Part shown: positions 50,957 through 59,919 of the stretch, in pieces
How the letters are laid out: each line of letters opens with the position of its first letter
Numbering within the stretch: position 1 is the first letter of the stretch
Source: Gammaproteobacteria bacterium
Lineage (GTDB): Bacteria > Pseudomonadota > Gammaproteobacteria > Eutrophobiales > Eutrophobiaceae
Direction of reading: 5' to 3'
Assembly (NCBI GenBank): GCA_965222155.1
Contig: CBDCTH010000012.1
Location: 1,344,001-1,408,000, forward strand
DNA length: 64,000 bases
Made by a program: the position numbers and the translations under genes
The notes under the pieces: generated by a model
The model's input: only the letters and a program-made list of their open reading frames with translations
The model's database searches: none
Told to the model about the DNA's origin: nothing

Positions 50957-51050
50957 AAATCAATGGGGTCAGACTCGATTGATTTAGCGCATCAGATTCC
51001 TGTTTTCGCAGGTATGGCAGAAAATCAATCGAGTCTGACCCCATTGATTT
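50957..51050. repeat. REPIN-like long inverted repeat
   Basis: Perfect 29-bp arms AAATCAATGGGGTCAGACTCGATTGATTT, between convergent genes. Confidence 0.85.
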
Positions 51051-51052
51051 TT

Positions 51053-51688
51053 CTACGTGCTTTTAACAAGGGGTCCGGTAATTAATTCCCGGGTTGAAGC
51101 AACTTTCCCGAAGTGGCGCGCAAAATTGGTTAAGAACACTCTCTGTAATGTATCGGAATCCACTTCACCCCAGCCTAGATCCGGTATGCCTGATGCGGCT
51201 GTGACATCACTTAACATGTAAACGGAATAATCTCGTGAAACCGCGTCTCGCGCGGTCGATTCAACGCAAGCTCCGGTTGAAACCCCCGCAATCAGAAGAT
51301 TGACAACCTTTAATTCCTTGATTGTTGCATCCAGTCTTGTGTACATAAAACCGGATTGCCTGATCTTTTCAATGACTATATCACCGGCCTGGGGCGCAAT
51401 CTCCGGCCAGATAGTGACACCCTCAGTTCCGGCACGTACAGCTTTCCCATAGCGAATAACAGAAAAACGCTCCGCTAAAGAACCCATGTCATTGGCTCCC
51501 GGATGGTGGACATGATTCAAATAAATTATCGGTAGTTTTACCTCACGACAATGCCGGATAAATCTGATCAGGTTGGGCATCATATCCCGTCCTTCTTCAG
51601 TTTCAAACGGGGCGCCGATTTGTAAAAAGTCCAGACTCATGTCTATGACTATCAAAGCTGTATTGTCGGGTGATAATTCTGAGAACAT
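51053..51688 (-). CDS. Isochorismatase-family cysteine hydrolase
   Basis: ALIVIDM, IEK, GVSTGACVESTARDA. Confidence 0.88.
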   Translation of the reverse strand: MFSELSPDNTALIVIDMSLDFLQIGAPFETEEGRDMMPNLIRFIRHCREVKLPIIYLNHVHHPGANDMGSLAERFSVIRYGKAVRAGTEGVTIWPEIAPQAGDIVIEKIRQSGFMYTRLDATIKELKVVNLLIAGVSTGACVESTARDAVSRDYSVYMLSDVTAASGIPDLGWGEVDSDTLQRVFLTNFARHFGKVASTRELITGPLVKST

Positions 51689-51757
51689 TTTATTTTTTGC
51701 CTCACATGTTTATGTAAATAGTATGGGGTTAACCATATATGCAGGTTAAGGGCTTTC

Positions 51758-52276
51758 CTAAATAAATACCTGTAAGGGTTCGAAGGGAGCGTCACAGTTT
51801 ATTAAATCTACCCGTTTGAGACTGATTTTAAAATCCCGGTTATCCCGGCGCAGGTGGTAACGGTAAGTCCCGGCGAAAAGGCGTTGTTCACCCCGTTGGT
51901 ATTCGACCATCTGAAAACGCGTCGTGATGATGAGCTCGCTTGTATCGGGATTGATGCCCTCGATCACCTTATCCCCGGTAATATGGCTCGTGGTAATCGG
52001 ATGGACCAGGGAATGCGCGCGCGGATGTTGAATTCTTGCAATGCGCATTTCCATCAGGTCACGGTCTTCATAAAACAGGGAAATATCATTAACGGGATCC
52101 GTCTGTTCTTTCCTTGCCGGCACCCAGTACCTGCAGTCATCGGTGAATAATACCAGCCAGTCCGCGTAACGGCACTGGTCCAGGTATTCCGTTTCCCGGT
52201 AAAGTAACAACTCAATCGCTTCCAGAGCATCATCCGTGAGCTTGCTTGAGGTTATTTTGTCGGCAAAAATAATCAT
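51758..52276 (-). CDS. Aromatic ring-hydroxylating dioxygenase beta subunit
   Basis: LLYRETEYLD, YWVP, KRVDLINCD. Confidence 0.9.
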   Translation of the reverse strand: MIIFADKITSSKLTDDALEAIELLLYRETEYLDQCRYADWLVLFTDDCRYWVPARKEQTDPVNDISLFYEDRDLMEMRIARIQHPRAHSLVHPITTSHITGDKVIEGINPDTSELIITTRFQMVEYQRGEQRLFAGTYRYHLRRDNRDFKISLKRVDLINCDAPFEPLQVFI

Positions 52277-52305
52277 GGTTCGTCAACCCGGATTAAGCGT
52301 TTTCG

Positions 52306-52494
52306 CAGCAGTTCCCGCTAACTCCCGGGATCGAGGGCATCCTGCCCTCGTGGAGGGCGAGACGCCCTCCCAGGGAAACAGGCCCCTTTATCTCCTGGGG
52401 GACAGATTTAAATCTGTCCCCCCTGTCTATGGTCAGAGTATGCCCGAATCCAGCAATAATCACTGTATTGACCTCGGGTTAGCGGGAGCACCTG
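52306..52494 (-). mobile_element. MITE family A, full copy with 9-bp TSD, inserted in the last codons of the Rieske alpha gene
   Basis: Reverse copy of 44174-44349; GCGTTTTCG duplicated at 52297-52305 and 52495-52503. Confidence 0.9.
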
Positions 52495-53813
52495 GCGTTT
52501 TCGATACTATCCGGGCTGCACATATATGCCAGCCAGGCTCGATATTGGTTGCGGATGTACTGCTCACTTAGCGCAGATTGTGGTGAGACGTCGTCCAATT
52601 CAGGGTCAAACAAGCTATGCTGGCTTATCCATTCCCGGCCGGAAGAGTGCAATCCCTCCTGTACGCGGCGGTAGGCCTCGAGATCGTCGGGTTTTATCAG
52701 CGAGGAGGGGGAGTGAACAGTGTTGGCATAAGTGATATTTCTCCGGTTGATTTCATCGGGCGCGCCTTTCCAGCGGAATATGCTGATTTCAACAGCCGTT
52801 CTATCCACTGAAACCGGTCTGATCACTCGCATTTGCAGGAAACGCGGGTGAGCTGAGGCATTCGGGTAGAAACTCACATTGTGCAGGTTGGTATTCAGGA
52901 TTTTTCCGGACTTTTCCAGGCCGTACTGCCGCTGATGGCGGTTGACGTATTCCCGGTAGACCGGATCTGTCTCATTATCAGGATTACGGAAGCCGCGCAT
53001 GTCACTGTGGCCATATTCATAGCAGGTAACTTCCAGTTCTCCCATCTGCCGGTAACTCTGTGCGTTTGCCTGCACCAGTTGCAGGGCGAGCGGAGGAAGT
53101 TTACCTGGTGTTTTTTCAATTCTGCTGATTTGCTCCCGACTCGCCGCAATGGAGGATTGATGCACGCTCAACGGATGCATGCCGTCATGGAGGTTTTCCA
53201 GGTAAATCTTCCAATTATTACGGTAAATAGCGCGGAAACAAGTTCCGATAGCTTCCAACTCTCCCTGCGGCGAACGATCAACCATATTATCCAGGGCGCG
53301 CCGGGCGCCTCCCAGACAACCGGCCAGCCCGGGTGCGACAGCGGACAGGTTGGCAAATATGAAACCGCGGTAACTCCCCGACCTGATTTCGGAGAGACCG
53401 TAATCGGCCTGGTTGGTTCCAATTTCCGTATACTGATAATTATCCCGGCAGGGGATAGACAGCAACTCGCCATTTGTCTGATAGCACCAGCCGTGATAAC
53501 TACAGTTTAAGACTGCTGCATTGCCTTGTTTGTTTTCCAGCAGTTTTGCGCCGCGATGGGCGCAACGGTTGTGCAATACCCTGGTGGTATTATCCTCGTC
53601 GCGAATAACAATAACAGGATTGTCGGCGATTTCAGTGGTCAGGTAATCACCAGGATGCGCTATCTGGCTCTCATGGCACAGGTAGTTCCAGGAACGGGCA
53701 AAGATACGTTTTACTTCCAGGTTGAAAATTTCCGAGTCAAGATACACATCTTTATGTACGCAATCCGGCTGCACCAGAGAGCAGATATGATCTGTGTCAT
53801 ATGTATACTTCAT
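52479..53813 (-). CDS. Rieske aromatic ring-hydroxylating dioxygenase alpha subunit
   Basis: NRCAHRG...CSYHGW Rieske motif, ENLHDGMHP...H and DDLE mononuclear-iron ligands. Confidence 0.92.
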   Translation of the reverse strand: MKYTYDTDHICSLVQPDCVHKDVYLDSEIFNLEVKRIFARSWNYLCHESQIAHPGDYLTTEIADNPVIVIRDEDNTTRVLHNRCAHRGAKLLENKQGNAAVLNCSYHGWCYQTNGELLSIPCRDNYQYTEIGTNQADYGLSEIRSGSYRGFIFANLSAVAPGLAGCLGGARRALDNMVDRSPQGELEAIGTCFRAIYRNNWKIYLENLHDGMHPLSVHQSSIAASREQISRIEKTPGKLPPLALQLVQANAQSYRQMGELEVTCYEYGHSDMRGFRNPDNETDPVYREYVNRHQRQYGLEKSGKILNTNLHNVSFYPNASAHPRFLQMRVIRPVSVDRTAVEISIFRWKGAPDEINRRNITYANTVHSPSSLIKPDDLEAYRRVQEGLHSSGREWISQHSLFDPELDDVSPQSALSEQYIRNQYRAWLAYMCSPDSIENARCSR

Positions 53814-53894
53814 GTTTTTATCCAATAACCTGTTAGAGTAAGCATAAACCTTAATGCCATCCAATCTCATTATATTTATCCCAGTATAAGACCA

Positions 53895-55148
53895 ATGAGA
53901 AATATCGCCACACGTCGGCAGGGATTGACTGGAGAAAATCAAATTGCCTATCGCGGCTGGTGGATTGTGGCGATTGCCGCCGTTGCCATGTCGACCGGGC
54001 CGGGACAGTTTGCATTCGGCGCTCTGGGTCTGTTCATCAAGCCGCTGGGGGAAGAGTTTGGCTGGGACCGCGCCCAGGTGAGCCTTGCTGCGACCTACTT
54101 CACCATCGCTCTTGCATTCAGCATACCTGTCATCGGCCAGTTGGCTGATCGTTCCGGCAGCAGACGGGTGTTATTGCCCTCCATCCTGGTCTTTGCCGCG
54201 TTGCTGGCGTTGCCTGCCTTGCTGGTCGATACCCTGTGGAAACTGTATCTCATTTATATTCTGATGGGCTGCCTGGGCGCCGGCGCGAATGCGCTGCCTT
54301 ATTTACGCACCATAGCGACCTGGTTTGATGCCCGGCGCGGACTGGCAATCGGGATCGCGATGGGCGGCAGCGGGATGGGGTTTGCCTATGTGCCGCCCCT
54401 GGTCCAGTATGTCATTGATACTTACGACTGGCGCGCCGGTTATATCTGCCTGGCGATTTTTACCATGGTTGTGACAATACCCCTGGTGTATTTTTTTCTG
54501 CGTGACGCGCCGGCCGCACAGGGCAGGGTAGATGACCGCTACGGAGACTCCGAAAAATCTTCTCTGAAGCTGCTGCCCGTGCTTAAATCACGGTTGTTGT
54601 GGCAGTTATTCCTGATCTTCTGCCTGTTGTCGTTCGGTCTTTACGGTGTATTGGCACACCTGGCGCCGATGATGTCCGACCGTGGTATGACGATGGCTGA
54701 TGCCGCCCTGGTACAGTCCACGCTGGGTATCTCGATCGTTGTTTCACGTATTTTTGTCGGCTATTTAATCGACCGGTTTGTCGCCACCCGGGTCGCCTTT
54801 GTTTGCTTTTTGATCAGCGCCGGTGGGGTAGGTGTTCTCGCCGCCGGCGCAGTCAATGCGCCGGCTTTTTTAGCCGCTCTTTGCATCGGTCTGAGCCTGG
54901 GTGCTGAGATTGACATGCTGGCCTATCTAACCAGCCGTTACTTCGGCGTGGATAATTTCGGCAAGATATACGGCATCCTGTTTGCCTCCTTCCTTATCGG
55001 CACGTCGCTCGGCCCCTACGCATTCGGCCTGGCTTATGAAACGTATGGCTCATACCGGGAAGTATTGATATCAGCCGTCATTGTCATCATTATCTCGGCC
55101 GTCACTACCCTGTTGCTGCCGTCTTATAAAAGGTCGAAATTATTCTGA
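53895..55148 (+). CDS. MFS transporter
   Basis: GQLADRSGSR, WFDARRGLAIG, 12 TM segments. Confidence 0.88.
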   Translation: MRNIATRRQGLTGENQIAYRGWWIVAIAAVAMSTGPGQFAFGALGLFIKPLGEEFGWDRAQVSLAATYFTIALAFSIPVIGQLADRSGSRRVLLPSILVFAALLALPALLVDTLWKLYLIYILMGCLGAGANALPYLRTIATWFDARRGLAIGIAMGGSGMGFAYVPPLVQYVIDTYDWRAGYICLAIFTMVVTIPLVYFFLRDAPAAQGRVDDRYGDSEKSSLKLLPVLKSRLLWQLFLIFCLLSFGLYGVLAHLAPMMSDRGMTMADAALVQSTLGISIVVSRIFVGYLIDRFVATRVAFVCFLISAGGVGVLAAGAVNAPAFLAALCIGLSLGAEIDMLAYLTSRYFGVDNFGKIYGILFASFLIGTSLGPYAFGLAYETYGSYREVLISAVIVIIISAVTTLLLPSYKRSKLF

Positions 55149-55591
55149 TGTTCCTGGAGGGGGAGTAGAATTCATATGATAACTGTTTGTTATCACTAAA
55201 TAAAATCTGTTGTATTCTGCCTTTCTCAACAATATTTACAACATTTATACCAAAGGGATACAGTTGAATCGCCGCGTGTGCTACGTAGACCCTAGAGCTC
55301 AAGCGAACCTATCTCTGCTGGCCCCTATCGTCAATGTGCCATCGGCTAAGATTGATAAACCGTGATTTTCCTAAACAGTTCGTGGTACAAGAAAGGGAAG
55401 AGGGTCGGCTCGTAACCACTGCTGTATAAGACATATATCCGTAGAAAAAGAAGAAAAAATCACAATACCAATAGAAATTTCAATCAAATGATTTAATTTA
55501 TAGCCATATTGGTTAAAATATTGGTACAATATGTATTGACATCAGCTATTTTATATCATATGATTGGAATGAATGAGGATTTTCTACGAGC

Positions 55592-55948
55592 ATGGTGCTA
55601 GACGAGTCGATAAGGCACCAGTTGGTTCTCCTTGCACGAAGGCGTAAAGCCCGCGTGACTGAGTTTCGTTCTGATCGGCCGAGTGACTGGCGCCCTGGCC
55701 AGGTACGCAATCCAAATGGGGTGCTCGACAGCCACTTCACGGATGCATCAGCCTGGGAGTATATTGCGACCAAGCTTGAGAACGGACACCCTGTCGATGC
55801 CATGCGATTAGATAAGCCACCCGGGGCTAAGGGTTATGTGATGAAGATCGATATTGAGCCTGATATGCCTCAACTCTATGTCAAGCTGCAACTGGGATCC
55901 GGGAAGATCATCGGACGCAGTTTTCACTACTCTGAACGAAAAGACTGA
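55592..55948 (+). CDS. Putative MqsR-like (RelE-fold) toxin
   Basis: C-terminal LYVKLQL...SFH pattern typical of MqsR relatives; toxin-first arrangement. Confidence 0.55.
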   Translation: MVLDESIRHQLVLLARRRKARVTEFRSDRPSDWRPGQVRNPNGVLDSHFTDASAWEYIATKLENGHPVDAMRLDKPPGAKGYVMKIDIEPDMPQLYVKLQLGSGKIIGRSFHYSERKD

Positions 55949-55959
55949 AGAGCCTTGAA

Positions 55960-56520
55960 ATGAATCCAAATCAATCAACAACTGGGCTGCAGACAGTGCA
56001 GCAAGAACTTACGTGTCCACTGTGTGGCAACGCTGGCATAACGACATCATGGAAACCTGACGTATTCAACTATGGGTCCGGCGAATCCATGGCGGAACTG
56101 ACAGTGGATGTTCCTGTGCGCCGATGTGAAGACTGCGACCTCGAATATCTTGATGATGAGGCCGAACGATTGAAACACGGGGCGGTATGCCGGCATCTTG
56201 GCGTCCTGACGCCAGACGAAATTCGGCATATCAGAAAGGGGTTTGGTATGACACAAGCAGAATTTGCTCAGGTAACCGGTATCGGTGTAGCATCACTAAA
56301 CCGCTGGGAGAACGGCCTGACTATCCAGACGCAGGCGTACGACCGGTACCTGCGCCTCTTGACGGCGCACCCGAGCAATATCCGGGATCTTGAGAGGTTT
56401 ACGAACCTCGTCCCTTCCCTACAGTCCGAAGTCCCCTCCGGGAACCGATTCCGCGTCTTGGATGTGACCCAGAATTTACTGAAGGAACAAGAAAGCTTTA
56501 AGCTACGCAAAGCTGCGTGA
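55960..56520 (+). CDS. MqsA-like antitoxin (Zn ribbon + HTH-XRE) with C-terminal extension
   Basis: CPLC...CEDC, LTPDEIRHIRK..MTQAEFA...SLNRWENG; about 50 extra residues ending RKAA. Confidence 0.85.
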   Translation: MNPNQSTTGLQTVQQELTCPLCGNAGITTSWKPDVFNYGSGESMAELTVDVPVRRCEDCDLEYLDDEAERLKHGAVCRHLGVLTPDEIRHIRKGFGMTQAEFAQVTGIGVASLNRWENGLTIQTQAYDRYLRLLTAHPSNIRDLERFTNLVPSLQSEVPSGNRFRVLDVTQNLLKEQESFKLRKAA

Positions 56521-56524
56521 CGTC

Positions 56525-58375
56525 ATGTACATCACAACATTTTATTCCTTCAAGGGTGGTGTTGGCCGCACGATGGCCCTGGTCAACGCCGCCGTCAATC
56601 TCGCCCTGGCGGGCCGCCGAGTCCTTGTCGTGGACTTCGATATTGAGGCACCCGGACTTGATACCTTCGACGTTCTGAAGCCGCATAAAGAAGTTCCCGG
56701 GATCATCGATTTCGTCACCCAGTATCTGGGAACCGGGCAAGCTCCGAATATCTCCGACTTTATCGGCGAGTGTCCCCCTATCGGCGAACGAGATGGAAAG
56801 CTGTGGATCATGCCATCAGGCAGAAACGAGACTTATGCTACGACTTTCAATCAGGTTGACTGGGGTGATCTATATGAAAGGCGCGATGGATATTTGCTGT
56901 TTGAAGATATCAGGGGGCAATGGAAACAGACCTTAAAACCGGACTACGTGCTGATTGATTCCCGCACCGGACATACAGATACGAGCGGAATCTGCACTCG
57001 GCAGCTTCCCAATTCTGTTGTAGTCCTGTTCTTTCCGAATGAACAGAACTTGCGGGGCCTGGTCGATGTGGTCAGGGATATTCGGGCCGAGGCTGAGAGT
57101 CCGCGTAAAAAGAATATCGAATTTCACTTTGTGATGTCTAATGTCCCGGATATGGATGATGAAGATCGGATTCTCGAAAGTAAGATCAAGGCTTTTCAGA
57201 ACCAACTCGGTTTCCGGCAGGAACCGATGATTGTACATCGGTACGACAGTCTTTCCCTTCTTAACCAGGTGGTTTTTTCTAAGGACCGCCCGAAAAGCCG
57301 ACTGGCAAAGGAGTACAGCAAGATCGTGGGTGAAATTGCTGTGCGCAACCCGGATGATCGGGATGGAGCACTAGAGTATATCCGAAGGGCAGAGCGACCC
57401 CGAAAATGGATAGACGACGATTCGATACGCAGGCGGCAGGAGATGCTTGACAAGATCAAACGGGCGCACCCGACTGATGGAGAAGTTCTGTTTCGCCTGA
57501 GTGTGCTTAAAGAATCTCATGATGATCTGGAATCTGCGTCCTTACTGTATAACCAGGCAATTGATGCTGGGTACGATAAACCAGAAGCCTATTTAAAACG
57601 CTCAAAATTCAGCGAACAAAACAGCTATCCGGACGGAGCGAGCGAAGATGCCTGGCATGTGCTGAATTTTAAGCAAGTTCCTCCGACTATGGTAAGAGAA
57701 GCAATTTCCCGACTGATGCGTTTGGGGGCATATGACTTGAACGAGGTAGTCAATTCTCCCGCGGTAATGTCGCTGGACCCTGATGACAAGCTCTGGATAG
57801 CCGATCCGTTCGATAGTTCATTAAACGATGTACAGCTTACAATATCCCTCCTTGAACCAATCCTCGATGTCAGCGAACTATCGGAAAGCGATCGCTATTG
57901 CACAAAACATTACCTAGGGTTGTCGTATATGGGGTTAGGAAGATGTTTAGAGGCAGTGGGGATGTTTCGAATCGAGGACGAGGATATAACTGACCTGTAT
58001 ATTGCATATACGTTTAATTACGCAATGGCAATGTGGGGCGCAACCGGGACGATTCATGCTGAGATTTTTCAACGTGCCGTAGAGCTTGATCGCTCTGACC
58101 CTTCAGATGACGTCGGCCCGAACCACCTTCAGTGCATGGCGATTGCCTACTGGGCGGCTGGCGACGATAACGCAGCACTTAACTACGTGGACCAAGCACA
58201 GCGGGCTATTAATGACTTTCGAGGTCGAACGGAGTTTAGTTGCTGGCGTTATCTCCAGGTCGAAGTAAGGTCATTCGATGAGGATCTAGGTGAAATTCGT
58301 ACCTTGATCAAAAAACCTGGTTCTGTAGTGCCTAAATTTATGGCTGTGAAAGGTAACGGATCTGCCGAGGCGTAG
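56525..58375 (+). CDS. KGGVGR-type ParA/MinD-like NTPase fused to a TPR-like helical domain
   Basis: FYSFKGGVGRT, VVDFDIEAPGL, DYVLIDSRTG; Ala/Tyr/Leu-rich helical repeats in the C-terminal half. Confidence 0.82.
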   Translation: MYITTFYSFKGGVGRTMALVNAAVNLALAGRRVLVVDFDIEAPGLDTFDVLKPHKEVPGIIDFVTQYLGTGQAPNISDFIGECPPIGERDGKLWIMPSGRNETYATTFNQVDWGDLYERRDGYLLFEDIRGQWKQTLKPDYVLIDSRTGHTDTSGICTRQLPNSVVVLFFPNEQNLRGLVDVVRDIRAEAESPRKKNIEFHFVMSNVPDMDDEDRILESKIKAFQNQLGFRQEPMIVHRYDSLSLLNQVVFSKDRPKSRLAKEYSKIVGEIAVRNPDDRDGALEYIRRAERPRKWIDDDSIRRRQEMLDKIKRAHPTDGEVLFRLSVLKESHDDLESASLLYNQAIDAGYDKPEAYLKRSKFSEQNSYPDGASEDAWHVLNFKQVPPTMVREAISRLMRLGAYDLNEVVNSPAVMSLDPDDKLWIADPFDSSLNDVQLTISLLEPILDVSELSESDRYCTKHYLGLSYMGLGRCLEAVGMFRIEDEDITDLYIAYTFNYAMAMWGATGTIHAEIFQRAVELDRSDPSDDVGPNHLQCMAIAYWAAGDDNAALNYVDQAQRAINDFRGRTEFSCWRYLQVEVRSFDEDLGEIRTLIKKPGSVVPKFMAVKGNGSAEA

Positions 58376-58551
58376 TTCTGTTCAACCTCGGCATATCGGC
58401 TTAGACAGCACTCTACCGATTGGTGGTGGGGGAAAGAACACTATGAAATGGCTAAGAATTTAGGTGAGGCTATCCTGACTTTAATATCGATGATTACTAA
58501 CATCAATACTTTAGGAGGTTGAAGCTGCTACCTTCAACATATAACAAAAAT

Positions 58552-59873
58552 CATTAGTGTCCCAACGATTAATCGAATAAAATCAACTGGTTAGGTGTAT
58601 CGGGTTGTTTCATATTGTAATCAGTTTTGGTAAGTATATGATCCAGCGGCATTTTCTCAAAGACGGACACGCTCAAAATCTGTAATAGTGTGTAGAGACT
58701 AAGGGGGATATTGAGGCGTTTTTTGATAATGGCGACCAGGACATAGACCGTCATGGCGGTCCAGATTTGGGTTTTGACCGCGTGCTCGGCGGTGCCGTAG
58801 AAGGCGTTGATACGTAGAGGCTGCTTCATCCATTTGAAGAACAGTTCAACCTGCCAACGGCAGCGATACAGTTGGGTAATCGTGTGTGCAGGCAAGGTGA
58901 AGTGGTTAGTGAGGAAGACCAGTTGCCGGGTCGGTCACTTTGACTCTGCGGAGTTTATCCGGGTAGTGTTTGGCCGCGTAGAAGCCGGTGAGGACGACGG
59001 TCTGGTGGCACTGGAGGCCGGTGTGTTTATCGACGGGGCGGGCATAGCGGCGGCGCTAACGCCAGTGGGCCTTGGCCCGGACGATGAAGCAGGCGGCGGC
59101 CTGCTGCAAGGTGTAGCGGCGGCGGCAGTCCAGGTGGCCGCGCTCCATGATGTAGCGGGCGCCGGCTTCGGGCAGTAGCAGGTCGAGGCCCTTGACAGCG
59201 TGCAGTTTGCCGTCAGAGAGGTGGATAAACGTGGGAATACTGCCCCGCAGGTCGAGTAGCGTATGCACTTTGACGGCGCCTTTGGTGGTACGGACGCGGG
59301 CCCAGGGAAAGACGGACAAGCACAGGTCGATGGGGGTGGCATCAAGGGCATAGACGGTGTGTTTGAGTGCGAGGCCGACGTCCTCGTCGAGAGACAGTTG
59401 TCGGGCGCTGTGGATTAAGGCGTGGGCGACGTCGGCGTAGATGCGCCCGTCGCGGGTCGGGTTGGCATGGGCCAAGGTGTTGCATGAGACGGTGCCGCGC
59501 AAGCCCCTGTGGTACAACGTGTGGCGCTGTGCGCGCAGGCCGGCTTCGCTATCCCGCCGGCTCTCCCGGTAGGTGAGTTGAGCGAAGGCCAGACATAGGA
59601 ATTGGTCGAGGCAGGTGACGCGTTTGACTTTGTGGTGGCCGCGATAACGCTGCACACAGCGTCGGAAGGTATGCCTGGGCAGATGGGCCATGACTTGAGA
59701 GACGATGACGTTGCCGGTATACATGGGGCAAAACTCCCTGGTAATGAATAGGAGTGAGCGCAGGACAGGCAGGCGCCGCCGAATTCAAGTCGATGACAGG
59801 CAAAAATGATTTGTTTATTAAGCTATATCAATAAGTTACAACTACCCAGGCCTCAAACGTTGGGACACTAGTG
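58552..59873 (-). mobile_element. Inactivated IS4-family insertion sequence (DUF4372 + DDE transposase pseudogene)
   Basis: 16-bp TIRs CATTAGTGTCCCAACG / CGTTGGGACACTAGTG; transposase 59724->58569 with stop at 59056, frameshift near 58921, Y-R-E-K signature LYRCRWQVELFFKW. Confidence 0.92.
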
Positions 59874-59919
59874 AAGTCTTATAAAAAGACAGATCATTAA
59901 TCACCAGCGCTGAACGACG

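Noticed and set aside
55341-58405. ATCGGCT(A/T)AGA as att-like direct repeats around the tripartite operon
   Set aside because: Only 10/11 bp with no recombinase nearby; compatible with chance.
58448-58500. MAKNLGEAILTL resembling a phage tape-measure N-terminus
   Set aside because: Too short to support, and no other phage genes are present.
58540-59885. Target-site duplication around the IS4 element
   Set aside because: Flanks (…AACAAAAAT / AAGTCTTAT…) do not match.
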